Virus genome (UHGV): UHGV-1373362 | Origin: a virus | DNA length: 64,000 nt | Reading direction: 5' to 3' (one strand) | Part shown: positions 10,414-18,502 of the stretch, piece after piece | How the letters are laid out: each line of letters starts with the position of its first letter | How positions within the stretch are numbered: position 1 is the stretch's first letter | Notes under the pieces: generated by a model | Told to the model about the DNA's origin: nothing | The model's database searches: none | The model's input: only the letters and a program-made list of their open reading frames with translations | Position numbers and translations under genes: made by a program

Positions 10414-11208
10414 ATGATTTCAATGAACACTATGCTTGCTAAGGTAGAGCACGCTGGATCATCCTTTAATAAGATGATTGCAGAGTACACACTATTCTTT
10501 AAGAACAAGCAATCAATGTTTAGAGGATTCAAGAAAACCTTTAAACCAAGAGAGGGTTTCAATGAAGACTCAAGGTACATGGGAACCGTTTTGGTAACAA
10601 CTACGGTAAATGAGAAGCTGGATTGGTTCGAAGAGAATGCAATACCTTATCTAAAGGATGTATTCTCAGTAGAGGCCACCAACTCAAGAGGTGCTGAACG
10701 TACAGAACTAGTAGTAGATGGTATATCATTTGGTAAACTAACTGCACTTGATTTGATGCGTCTAAAGACTATCCTTACTAATAAGGATATGGAATCTATG
10801 TATTCTAACATCCCAGTTCGTTCTGATTCTGAAGTATGGGAACCCTGCACTAATCCAGAATATGAAGGACGTGAGGTTTATCAAACTCCGATGACTGTTG
10901 GCGTGGTAAGAACATCAGAATCAGAGGAAGTAATCCTTAAAGATCCAAATCTTGATCCTGCCCATCTTCCTTCAAACTATAACGCTAAGGTTACAGTTAA
11001 GAAGAAAACAGTGGACACTGGTGATTATACATCACAAATGTACACGGGTGAGTGGACTCAAAGAGAGCGTGCTGAGTTACTAAGGAGAAGAAGTAAACTT
11101 CTCGCTGCAGTAACAGTAGCATTAAAGAAGATCAACGACAATGGAGTAGATCCTCAGAACTTGGACGTTGAATGTCTGATTGAATACTTGCACGGTAAAA
11201 AGAAATAA
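10414..11208 (+). CDS. hypothetical protein
   Basis: 264-aa ORF directly downstream of the vWA protein gene, likely co-transcribed. Confidence 0.45.
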   Translation: MISMNTMLAKVEHAGSSFNKMIAEYTLFFKNKQSMFRGFKKTFKPREGFNEDSRYMGTVLVTTTVNEKLDWFEENAIPYLKDVFSVEATNSRGAERTELVVDGISFGKLTALDLMRLKTILTNKDMESMYSNIPVRSDSEVWEPCTNPEYEGREVYQTPMTVGVVRTSESEEVILKDPNLDPAHLPSNYNAKVTVKKKTVDTGDYTSQMYTGEWTQRERAELLRRRSKLLAAVTVALKKINDNGVDPQNLDVECLIEYLHGKKK

Positions 11209-11356
11209 AACAAAATATTGACTAAAGCTTCAGCTTAAGCCTCAGCATTACTAAATCCTAGATATTTAGCATAAGCATTGGGTCAAGAGCTTTAGCTTTA
11301 GCTTTAACGTAGAATGACAGTAAGCTACCTGATAATAAATTATCCACCTATTAAAC

Positions 11357-11410
11357 ATGGGTTCGAATCCCATACGCCCCTCTATTTCTATTATTAACTA
11401 CATGGGGCGT
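11357..11410 (+). other. tRNA-like fragment: T-arm plus acceptor-like hairpin (permuted order)
   Basis: T-arm ATGGG-TTCGAAT-CCCAT, then ACGCCCC, a 23-nt loop, then perfectly complementary GGGGCGT. No 5' acceptor strand lies upstream. Confidence 0.3.
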
Positions 11411-11518
11411 TGGTGAAGGGGTTTAACACGATAGGCTATAATAAAGCTTCACTTTAAAGTTACTGAAAGCATTCTACACATCTAGGGGTTATTACTGAGG
11501 ATTTTTGGGGTAATCTCT

Positions 11519-11592
11519 AGGGGTTTAACTCAATTGGTTAGAGTACATGAGTGTTAATCATGGTGTTGGGGGTTCGAGTCCCCCAACCCCTA
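11519..11592 (+). tRNA. tRNA-Asn (GTT)
   Basis: Acceptor AGGGGTT/AACCCCT, anticodon loop GTGTTAA, T-arm GGGGG-TTCGAGT-CCCCC. Confidence 0.8.
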
Positions 11593-11692
11593 CATTCGTT
11601 TTATTTAGGGTTTAACGGAGACGAGAATTTAGGTTTTTTATTGTATTTGGTTTCTGGTCTGCCAACCTGAGAAGGTGTAACAGGCCAAACAC

Positions 11693-11788
11693 AAAGGGAT
11701 GCTGGAATGGTATACAGGCTATCCATTGATGATAGTTTACACAATTCTAGGAAGTGTATGTCTGAGGGTTCGAATCCCTCTCCCTTTA
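11693..11788 (+). tRNA. tRNA, class-II-like with long variable arm; anticodon loop reads TTG (ambiguous)
   Basis: Acceptor AAAGGGA/TCCCTTT (7 bp perfect). T-arm GAGGG-TTCGAAT-CCCTC. Anticodon stem CTATC/GATAG with loop CATTGAT. About 28-nt variable region, 96 nt total. Non-canonical. Confidence 0.5.
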
Positions 11789-12060
11789 CATCTTGAAGAA
11801 TTTTTCATTTTTCTTGTCATTAAAGGGTTATTTACCTGTGAAGGCCAGTAACCCATTTTTATGTATTATTAATATTCCGTATCTATATACAACTTTAGTA
11901 TTAATATTATGATATTATATGTGGCATAAGTTTGTAATAACACTAATTACACATTTTAACATTAATATGTTTGTGGAGTCATAAAGAAGCAGTATCTTTG
12001 TGTCCATAACCGTTGGGATAACGGGAATGTGTTTGTGTTTTATTTATTCCCATTGTTGAG

Positions 12061-12144
12061 GGGAGTGCGCCAAAGTTGGAGAGTTGGGCTTGACTGTAAA
12101 TCAAGTGCCTTCGGGCTGAGTAGGTTCGAATCCTACCACTCCCA
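12061..12144 (+). tRNA. tRNA-Tyr (GTA)
   Basis: Acceptor GGGAGTG/CACTCCC, anticodon arm CTTGA-CTGTAAA-TCAAG, long variable arm, T-arm GTAGG-TTCGAAT-CCTAC. Confidence 0.8.
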
Positions 12145-12213
12145 CAACAAGATCTGTTAGAGTAACTTCTAACACTGGATGCATTGGTCTGGAGAGATAA
12201 ATGCATCAAAAAT

Positions 12214-12285
12214 GCAGGTGTAGCACAATGGTTAGTGCTCCAGTCTTCCAAACTGGAGATGAGGGTTCGATTCCCTTCACCTGCT
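12214..12285 (+). tRNA. tRNA-Gly (TCC)
   Basis: Acceptor GCAGGTG/CACCTGC, anticodon arm CCAGT-CTTCCAA-ACTGG, T-loop TTCGATT. Confidence 0.8.
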
Positions 12286-12365
12286 CAAAAAGCTGGTTGG
12301 TTGTGTTATTAGGGTACCCTAATACACTGGTTTGCACCAGCCTAAACAAAAATGCAGACAATCAT

Positions 12366-12437
12366 GGGCCGGTAGCATAATTGGGAATGCACTAGTTTTG
12401 CACACTGGAAGATTGGGTTCGAATCCCACCGTGTCCA
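12366..12437 (+). tRNA. tRNA-Ala (TGC)
   Basis: D-arm GCAT-AATTGGGA-ATGC, anticodon loop TTTGCAC, T-loop TTCGAAT. Acceptor GGGCCGG with one mismatch. Confidence 0.65.
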
Positions 12438-12728
12438 CACTTCCTTCTTCCTATAGGAAGTGTCTATAGGCGTGAATGAAAACCGACGGTTACAGGGTTC
12501 CCCAATACTCTCTGAGGGTAATACGAGAACGTTGCTTGAGGACACAACGTAATGAGTCCTTAGTATCACACTCACTTGAACGTGTGAAGAGCATTCGCTA
12601 ATAAGGCTCTTAATAAAGATTTTTAGTGGAGGTTGGATGAAAAGCTAGCAAAGTAATCCAATGACAGGGATCTTAGGTTATTAACTTATGAAGTTACAGT
12701 TATAATTTAGAGATTCCTTTATTAATAT

Positions 12729-12812
12729 CGCAGAGTCGAGAAGTGGTATCTCACTAGTCTCATAAGCTAGAGCATCCGAAAGATGTCGTAGGTTCGATTC
12801 CTACCTCTGCAA
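12729..12812 (+). tRNA. tRNA with CAT anticodon (Met/fMet/Ile2 type) and an unusual long variable arm
   Basis: Acceptor CGCAGAG/CTCTGCA with C1-A72 mismatch, which is initiator-like. D-arm GAGA-AGTGGTA-TCTC. Anticodon arm CTAGT-CTCATAA-GCTAG. 17-nt variable hairpin. T-arm GTAGG-TTCGATT-CCTAC. Confidence 0.6.
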
Positions 12813-12828
12813 CTAATTTAATATATTA

Positions 12829-12994
12829 TGGAAGAGAAACTAGACTTAATTATTCAAAAATTAAATGAATTGCTATATTTAGCAAAACGTATTCATAAAG
12901 ATACTGAACCATCTACTGAGAATAATGTCTCTGAGTATCTCCTTAATGTGTTAGGTGATGTAACTGGTGATATTCTTATGCAAGGATTCACTGG
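12829..12994 (+). CDS. small hypothetical protein (55 aa) inside the tRNA array
   Basis: ATG..TAA ORF MEEKLDLIIQKLNELLYLAKR... lying between tRNAs. Not in the supplied track because it is under 60 aa. Confidence 0.3.
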
Positions 12995-13006
12995 AAGACA
13001 ATAACG

Positions 13007-13081
13007 TGTGGGGTGGTAGCAGTTGGTAGCTCACTAGGCTCATAACCTAGAGGTCGGCGGTTCGAATCCGTCCCCCGCGCC
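13007..13081 (+). tRNA. tRNA with CAT anticodon (Met/Ile2 type), atypical acceptor
   Basis: Anticodon arm CTAGG-CTCATAA-CCTAG is perfect. T-arm GGCGG-TTCGAAT-CCGTC. The acceptor pairs only with G-U wobbles (TGTGGGG/CCCCGCG). Confidence 0.5.
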
Positions 13082-13165
13082 TATTACACCAGGCTATGCT
13101 GAGTGAATTTTCACTTAGGACTGTTGTAGTTACGAAGACAAAGGGTGAATAATTTGTCTATTTAT

Positions 13166-13186
13166 TGAAGGGAACAGACAGCAAAC
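13166..13186 (+). promoter_or_regulatory. conserved motif TGAAGGGAAC-nACAGCAAAC (copy 1 of 4)
   Basis: Near-identical 20-nt motif also at 14932, 16902 and 19554, each ahead of a tRNA sub-cluster. Confidence 0.4.
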
Positions 13187-13349
13187 ATCTTCATCTAATA
13201 ATTGAACTTCTAATTGACCGTGGGCGAACATCCCATAAATGTTCTAAGCTGTGAATAGCCCCTACTATGCTGGAACAAGTATAGTGTCGATTATCCTAAA
13301 TTGGGTGGATAAAAGACATAAAATAAAACTCCCGTGTTCCCTGTTTCAT

Positions 13350-13422
13350 AGGTCTATCCTCTAATTGGTTAGGAGACGTGACTGATACTCACGCAATCCC
13401 AGTTCAAGTCTGGGTAGACCTA
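13350..13422 (+). tRNA. tRNA-Ile (GAT)
   Basis: Acceptor AGGTCTA/TAGACCT, anticodon arm CGTGA-CTGATAC-TCACG, T-arm CCCAG-TTCAAGT-CTGGG. Confidence 0.8.
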
Positions 13423-13428
13423 CTTTAT

Positions 13429-13502
13429 AGTCCCTTAGCTCAGTTGGTGAGAGTGTCTGGCTTACATCCAGAAGGTCGTTGGTTCGAATCCAACAGGGAC
13501 TA
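13429..13502 (+). tRNA. tRNA-Val (TAC)
   Basis: Acceptor AGTCCCT/AGGGACT, anticodon arm TCTGG-CTTACAT-CCAGA, T-arm GTTGG-TTCGAAT-CCAAC. Confidence 0.8.
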
Positions 13503-13821
13503 CACTGGTATCATAGACGATTAACAAAATGATATAACTCTTAGTTAGTAATCCTGAACGATACATATAGGGAGTATCGGAAGAGTTATTCTGGTGGAGA
13601 ATCGGGAGTCCAGAACCTATCTTAGTAAAGCACGTGAGGCTAGCGTGACGTAGACATTCCTATCCCTGACAGCAAATATGGAATCCACATCGTAGGGTGG
13701 CATTGGTACTACAGCAAGGGTAGTTGTTTAACTGTAGTTATGTATGAACGTGTTAGTTGTCTTCATAGGAAGAAGTACAACTAGGTGTAGTCTCCACCAC
13801 CTTACAATAGTGGAGCACATG

Positions 13822-13897
13822 GGGAGTTAGCTCAGTTGGTTGGTAGCTTCGGACTGTTAATCCGATGGTCGTGGGTTCGAGTCCCAGAGGGGTGACA
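13822..13897 (+). tRNA. tRNA-Asn (GTT)-like, probable pseudo-tRNA (acceptor stem does not pair)
   Basis: Canonical D-arm, anticodon arm TCGGA-CTGTTAA-TCCGA and T-loop TTCGAGT. But the 5' GGGGAGT and 3' AGGGGTG strands are not complementary. Confidence 0.4.
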
Positions 13898-14077
13898 ACA
13901 CAAAGATTAACATATTTACTCATCTTAAACAGTAAAGTTATGAAATCATTATTAATTAAAGCTGTTAAGTGGTATGTCAAACAATCATCTATGACTTATG
14001 TTTGGCTACCGACAGGGACTTATCCAACTAAGGATTAAGTTCCATATTTAGAGGTGAGTAAGCTAAAGAACATTTAT

Positions 14078-14169
14078 GGAGGTGTAAGCCTAATTGGTAA
14101 GGCAGTAGTCTTGAAAACTACCAGTAATCGTGTAAAAGCGATGTGTCAGTTCGAGTCTGACTACCTCCT
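14078..14169 (+). tRNA. tRNA-Ser (TGA)
   Basis: Acceptor GGAGGTG/TACCTCC, anticodon arm GTAGT-CTTGAAA-ACTAC, long variable arm, T-arm GTCAG-TTCGAGT-CTGAC. Confidence 0.8.
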
Positions 14170-14204
14170 CTACCTATTATATAACAACTTAAACTAACTA
14201 AAAG

Positions 14205-14504
14205 ATGAATATGAGATTTGTATCAGTTACTAAACTAAGTAACAATCGTAAACGTAGATTATCTTTGGGTATACTTAGGGCAATTAACTCTAATGCTCAA
14301 TTAAATTCAATAGCTGACTCTGGATTTAGGGAAGGTAATGTCAAACTCTTAAATGATCGCATAGAGGAGCTTAAACTTATATTACTTTCCCCTTGGCCCA
14401 AGTTTCCCCGCAAGGACAAAAAGCTATACAAAAAGAATGCAATTGCACTATATAATGCATATGTATTTGTAAAGGGATGGCTAGAGGAAACCTTAAACCA
14501 GTAG
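14205..14504 (+). CDS. hypothetical protein
   Basis: 99-aa basic ORF inside the tRNA array. Confidence 0.4.
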   Translation: MNMRFVSVTKLSNNRKRRLSLGILRAINSNAQLNSIADSGFREGNVKLLNDRIEELKLILLSPWPKFPRKDKKLYKKNAIALYNAYVFVKGWLEETLNQ

Positions 14505-14761
14505 GGTATAGTAGGGATAACTCTAGATTGTATTTTAGGTTAATTATTAATGGTAATCATGTATTAGATGGGTTCTTTTCATTTAAGAAGGAATTGTTCT
14601 ACGTAACTACCAGAAATAAGATACTTAATGGCAATGACTGGGATATTCTTACTAGAGAGTTAAGTAAATTGGATTATGAATATTCTAACAATGTTGATGA
14701 TTACTATTACCAGCAATGGTTAGAGAGTAAAGTAATATTTAATCATGGGAATAATTACTGA
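14477..14761 (+). CDS. hypothetical protein
   Basis: 94-aa ORF overlapping the previous ORF end by 28 nt. Confidence 0.35.
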   Translation: MARGNLKPVGYSRDNSRLYFRLIINGNHVLDGFFSFKKELFYVTTRNKILNGNDWDILTRELSKLDYEYSNNVDDYYYQQWLESKVIFNHGNNY

Positions 14762-14931
14762 CATAGCACTATCGCAGTCTATTGGGGCTGTAATGGATGG
14801 TGCATTTATAGAAAGTGCTAAAGAAACTTTAGAAAAGGAAGAATCAACTAATGAAGCTTCAGAAGAACATAATGTTGGCAGAGGTTATTTGGAAACTCAT
14901 TCAGAACTTTTCTACTAAGGCATATTATTAA

Positions 14932-14953
14932 AGTGAAGGGAACTTACAGCAAA
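14932..14953 (+). promoter_or_regulatory. conserved motif GTGAAGGGAACTTACAGCAAAC (copy 2)
   Basis: Same motif as at 13166, 16902 and 19554. Followed by AATTGACCG about 30 nt downstream, as in copy 1. Confidence 0.4.
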
Positions 14954-15007
14954 CAATCATAGTATCAATCTTTTAAATTGACCGACTAAACATGTTCCCT
15001 GTTCCTT

Positions 15008-15081
15008 GCTCCGGTAGCTTAACTGAATAAAGCAGCATCCTTCTAAGATGCGTTATATGGGTTTGAGTCCCATCTGGAGTA
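15008..15081 (+). tRNA. tRNA-Arg (TCT)
   Basis: D-arm GCTT-AACTGAAT-AAGC, anticodon arm GCATC-CTTCTAA-GATGC, T-arm ATGGG-TTTGAGT-CCCAT. Confidence 0.75.
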
Positions 15082-15153
15082 CTAAGCGGGTTTTAAAACA
15101 AAATATTCTCCTTGTTACCGCTGACAGGGGTGCGACTGTTTAACGCACTACAT

Positions 15154-15226
15154 GGGGTTATAGCTCAGTTGGTAGAGCGAGGGATTGAAGATCCCTGCGT
15201 CGGCAGTTCGAATCTGTCTAACCCCG
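15154..15226 (+). tRNA. tRNA-Phe (GAA)
   Basis: Acceptor GGGGTTA/TAACCCC, D-arm GCTC-AGTTGGTA-GAGC, anticodon arm AGGGA-TTGAAGA-TCCCT, T-arm GGCAG-TTCGAAT-CTGTC. Confidence 0.85.
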
Positions 15227-15311
15227 CTTCGCTAATAAGTGTAATTCGACATGATATTAGATTTGATTAGTATTAGTGCAGAAGGTGTAGTGATACAGTT
15301 TCTGTGCGTCT

Positions 15312-15399
15312 GGAGAGTAAACCTTGATGGTGATAGGGACTACCTGCTAAGTAGTTTCGTACATAAAAAGTGTATGTGGTTCGATTCCACTGCTCTCCG
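15312..15399 (+). tRNA. tRNA-Ser (GCT)
   Basis: Acceptor GGAGAGT/GCTCTCC, anticodon arm ACTAC-CTGCTAA-GTAGT, long variable arm, T-loop TTCGATT. Confidence 0.75.
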
Positions 15400-15442
15400 C
15401 GAATGTTTGGGACTTTATTATAACTTTTAACATTAAATTATT

Positions 15443-15739
15443 ATGAATGAAGTTCAACCTCTTGATCCATCTACACTAGAACAGTCGGATCCTATTCCTA
15501 ATAGCATTATAGCTGTTATGAATCAATTGATTAAGAAAGGATGGAATGGTGCATGTAGCATCGTTCGAGTGAATGAGGCACTAGGTGTCATATATTTAGT
15601 TACAAACTTCCCCATTGAGGTTATTAAGAGAAATGGTTGGATAGAATCTGCTAAAGAGGTCTATCAACGAATTGGCTACTTGGTAACTGAGGTTGGAGAA
15701 GGTGATGACAGATATATGGAATTTCGTAAGGCTTCTTAA
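15443..15739 (+). CDS. hypothetical protein
   Basis: 98-aa ORF between tRNA-Ser and tRNA-Glu. Confidence 0.45.
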   Translation: MNEVQPLDPSTLEQSDPIPNSIIAVMNQLIKKGWNGACSIVRVNEALGVIYLVTNFPIEVIKRNGWIESAKEVYQRIGYLVTEVGEGDDRYMEFRKAS

Positions 15740-15743
15740 TACT

Positions 15744-15815
15744 GCTGGGTTCGAATAATGGTTAGTTCGACGCACTTTCGATGCGTAGATAGGGGTTCGA
15801 TTCCCCTACCCAGTA
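15744..15815 (+). tRNA. tRNA-Glu (TTC)
   Basis: Acceptor GCTGGGT/ACCCAGT, anticodon arm ACGCA-CTTTCGA-TGCGT, T-arm AGGGG-TTCGATT-CCCCT. Confidence 0.8.
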
Positions 15816-15999
15816 CCTTGTAGTCCTCCTTAACCCTTAATAGGGTAGTTAGGCTACGCTGTGAACGAACAGAGGAGGGGAGTTCACACGTTGGTTAGCG
15901 ACGTAGTACACAATGGTGGAATAGAAACGGCTAACATCCACTTTTGGTCATTCTTATAATACTAGTTAAATTCCGAAAGGGAGTTAGAATGGCCAATAT

Positions 16000-16071
16000 A
16001 CTCCTATCTACTAATGGTTAGGTAATTGCCCTCTCAAGGCAAAAATACGGGTTCGAATCCCGTTGGGAGTA
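16000..16071 (+). tRNA. tRNA-Glu (CTC)
   Basis: Acceptor ACTCCTA/TGGGAGT, anticodon arm TTGCC-CTCTCAA-GGCAA, T-arm ACGGG-TTCGAAT-CCCGT. Confidence 0.7.
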
Positions 16072-16214
16072 CTTAACTACTAGGTTGAACTCAAACTTCC
16101 GCCTCGCGAGCCAAATGTCTGAGGAGAAATTTAAAGGATTTTTAGATAGAAGGAATCCACATAGGATTTAAAACAGAAGAAATAGGGCTAATCCTTCATC
16201 CTAGTAGTATTAAC

Positions 16215-16285
16215 GAGTGTGAGGTGTACTGGTGGCATAAGCGACTGTCTATCGTGAGGAGGGGTTCGATTCCCACACATTCGGC
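16215..16285 (+). tRNA. degenerate tRNA-like sequence (possible Asp-GTC pseudo-tRNA)
   Basis: T-loop GGGGTTCGATTCCC and a candidate anticodon loop CTGTCTA. The D-arm and acceptor do not fold canonically. The track ORF 16224..16478 overlaps it, and the true CDS start is probably 16296. Confidence 0.25.
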
Positions 16286-16295
16286 AATTAAATTT

Positions 16296-16478
16296 ATTAT
16301 TATGTTAACAGAAGAAGAAGTAAAAAATTATTTGGCGGAACTTAAAGAACATGCTGAGTCTGGAGATCCAGAATGTTCTCACTATGATGCTGATAGAATC
16401 TTATGTGATATTGTATCTAAGTTGGGATATAAAGAAATCGTAGACATTTGGGAAAAAGTTCCTAAGTGGTATGCATAA
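16296..16478 (+). CDS. small hypothetical protein (60 aa)
   Basis: ATG at 16296 downstream of the tRNA-like element, sequence MLTEEEVKNYLAELKEH... Confidence 0.4.
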   Translation: MIMLTEEEVKNYLAELKEHAESGDPECSHYDADRILCDIVSKLGYKEIVDIWEKVPKWYA

Positions 16479-16544
16479 TTAACCTCCAGCTCACGAGGTA
16501 TATAAGAAAGGATGCCGGACTTGCAGGTGTAACGAGATAAATAC

Positions 16545-16616
16545 CTGCATTTTCGAGGCGATGGCGTAATTGGCTAACGTGCTGCCCTGTCACGGCAGAG
16601 TTTGGGGTTCGAGTCC
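16545..16616 (+). tRNA. tRNA-Asp (GTC)
   Basis: Acceptor GAGGCGA/TCGTCTC, anticodon arm CTGCC-CTGTCAC-GGCAG, T-loop GGGGTTCGAGTCCCC. Confidence 0.7.
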
Positions 16617-16901
16617 CCTCGTCTCGGCAAAAATTTGATGGATATGAAAGTATTTACTCCAGAGGATGCTAAGCAACACCATGTTGCTAGTATTCCAGAC
16701 TTCAGGACACTATTATAACTCGTATACTACGTTATAGTCCTGAGGAAATCACTAGATCATCTATATTTTCGAACAGGTGGTTAGACATAGAAGACCTATA
16801 CAGGCAAAATGGCTGGGAGGTTGAATATGACAAGCCAGCATACAATGAGAGTTATAGTGCTAGGTTTATATTTAAACCGAAGCAAAGTATTTAGAAATTT
16901 A

Positions 16902-16923
16902 TGAAGGGAACTTACAGCAAAAC
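16902..16923 (+). promoter_or_regulatory. conserved motif TGAAGGGAACTTACAGCAAAAC (copy 3)
   Basis: See copies at 13166, 14932 and 19554. Confidence 0.4.
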
Positions 16924-16953
16924 TTATCTAAATTCAATTGGTGATAGAAAGAC

Positions 16954-17001
16954 GTGGGTTCGAATCCCACCTATAACCGTCAAAGTCCTAATGGGTTATA
17001 G
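16954..17001 (+). other. tRNA-like fragment: T-arm plus acceptor-like hairpin (permuted order)
   Basis: T-arm GTGGG-TTCGAAT-CCCAC, then CTATAACC, a 15-nt loop, then GGTTATAG (8-bp perfect complement). Same architecture as 11357-11410. Confidence 0.3.
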
Positions 17002-17051
17002 TCGTCTAGTGGATAGGATGTATTAGAAATAGGCATAGTTCCCTGTTGTTT

Positions 17052-17134
17052 GCCGTCTTCGCATAGTGGTTGATTGCACTGGATTTGTAATCCAGCTTCG
17101 AAAGAACACGTCAGTTCGAATCTGACAGACGGCT
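17052..17134 (+). tRNA. tRNA-Thr (TGT) with unusually long variable arm
   Basis: Acceptor GCCGTCT/AGACGGC, anticodon arm CTGGA-TTTGTAA-TCCAG, 14-nt variable region, T-arm GTCAG-TTCGAAT-CTGAC. Confidence 0.7.
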
Positions 17135-17156
17135 CTAGTCTCATTGTCGTAAGGCG

Positions 17157-17585
17157 ATGAGACTTAATTTTTCTGAGATTGTTATATGTAAAATGAATTA
17201 TGAACGTATTATGGGTAGCTTTAAAGAATGTTTAAGAAAAAGTGGTCAAAGTGTGTTAGATGCAAGAGCACAGAACTTGTATGAAATGACCAAAATTGAG
17301 GAGGATAGATTCATTCAGGAATGCAAAATGAGAGTCTTGAGACTTCAAAATGAACTAAATACACATAGAGACTTATCTGTGAAGTCTACTACCTCATTGG
17401 AAGTAGGAAGTGGATTTATGCCTAAGGAGTGGGTTGCTAAACGCCACGATTTAGAACGTAAGCTTCGTGTGGCTAAAATCGAGTATGCTCTGGCATTAAA
17501 GGTTGATTCTGAGGAATTTCCTGCTGACGATGCTGAAGAGGTAATTGACGCTAAGGCATTGTTGGAGGAAGATAACATTAAATAG
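17157..17585 (+). CDS. hypothetical protein
   Basis: 142-aa ORF (alternative start at 17193). First gene of a three-gene operon-like block. Confidence 0.45.
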   Translation: MRLNFSEIVICKMNYERIMGSFKECLRKSGQSVLDARAQNLYEMTKIEEDRFIQECKMRVLRLQNELNTHRDLSVKSTTSLEVGSGFMPKEWVAKRHDLERKLRVAKIEYALALKVDSEEFPADDAEEVIDAKALLEEDNIK

Positions 17586-17586
17586 A

Positions 17587-18501
17587 ATGGGAGCAGGTAG
17601 TTATTCATATGCAGCTTATTCTGCCATATCTGATGCAAGAGGGCTTGCGAGTGCAACGACAGAAGCCCTATTTAAGAATAGGCACATTTCTGTAGACGCT
17701 GACATTAAAACCTCAAATGTTAATGCAAGACTCTTTAATACAGAAGTAAAGAAAGAAGCTATTAACGTGGGTGTTAGAGAGTGTAGAGATACTGAGGAAC
17801 ATCCTGATGTTACCCCAATCATCATTGCTCTTGACGTTACAGGTTCAATGCGTAATACACCCCATACAATGCTTAGAGACCAATTCCCTAAGATAATGGG
17901 TGTCTTACAACAATTAAATGTTAAAGATCCCCAAATCTTGTTTATGGCAGTAGGGGATCACGAGTGGGATAGATACCCCATTCAGGTGTGTCAGTTTGAA
18001 TCTGATACTACTAAGCTGGTAGATTCTCTACAAACTCTAGTATTAGAGGGGGGAGGTGGTCCAAATTATGGTGAGAGTTACCTATTAGCTTGGTTAATAG
18101 CTGGGTATCATACTGAAACTGATGCATGGTACAAGAGGGGTAAAAAGGGTTACTTATTTACCATTGGTGATGAGGAAACTCTTAGAGAGGTTGATGAGGA
18201 ATACTTATCGGATGGATTGGGTTATCAGAAAGGCGCTGGAGTTATTACAGCTAAAGAGGCCTTAAAGAAAGCTAAGGAACAGTATAACGTATTTCACATT
18301 CACATTACTAATGGAAGCCGTGGTTCAACTCCACGACCATCTTGGAGAAGTTATTTGGGTCAAAATGTTCTAACATCTGACTCTAAGGACATTCATACTG
18401 TAATCGGGGAGGTCATTAGTAAACATGAAGGGATTAACAACCTGGAAGTTACTGATGAAAACTCTCCATCTAATCAAGAAGAAGCAAATTATACTTATTA
18501 A
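17587..18501 (+). CDS. vWA domain protein (TerY-like?)
   Basis: MIDAS motif IIIALDVTGSM near the N-terminus of a roughly 305-aa protein. Start taken at the ATG after the upstream stop; the in-frame ATG at 17545 would overlap the upstream gene. Confidence 0.6.
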   Translation: MGAGSYSYAAYSAISDARGLASATTEALFKNRHISVDADIKTSNVNARLFNTEVKKEAINVGVRECRDTEEHPDVTPIIIALDVTGSMRNTPHTMLRDQFPKIMGVLQQLNVKDPQILFMAVGDHEWDRYPIQVCQFESDTTKLVDSLQTLVLEGGGGPNYGESYLLAWLIAGYHTETDAWYKRGKKGYLFTIGDEETLREVDEEYLSDGLGYQKGAGVITAKEALKKAKEQYNVFHIHITNGSRGSTPRPSWRSYLGQNVLTSDSKDIHTVIGEVISKHEGINNLEVTDENSPSNQEEANYTY

Positions 18502-18502
18502 G

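Noticed and set aside
11357-11380. The T-arm fragments as remnants of an integrase attP core
   Set aside because: No integrase or recombinase gene was recognised in the window, and there are three such fragments rather than one. Kept as a finding with other explanations.
12342-12575. Minus-strand ORFs in the track (12342..12575, 11979..12251, 13753..13980) and most other minus-strand ORFs (e.g. 27145..27753, 42295..42699, 45721..46014)
   Set aside because: They overlap confidently identified + strand tRNAs or well-supported + strand genes (SPFH, helicase, paralog family). Their peptides are low-complexity or Cys/Ser-rich with no motifs. Gene organisation is otherwise strictly unidirectional.
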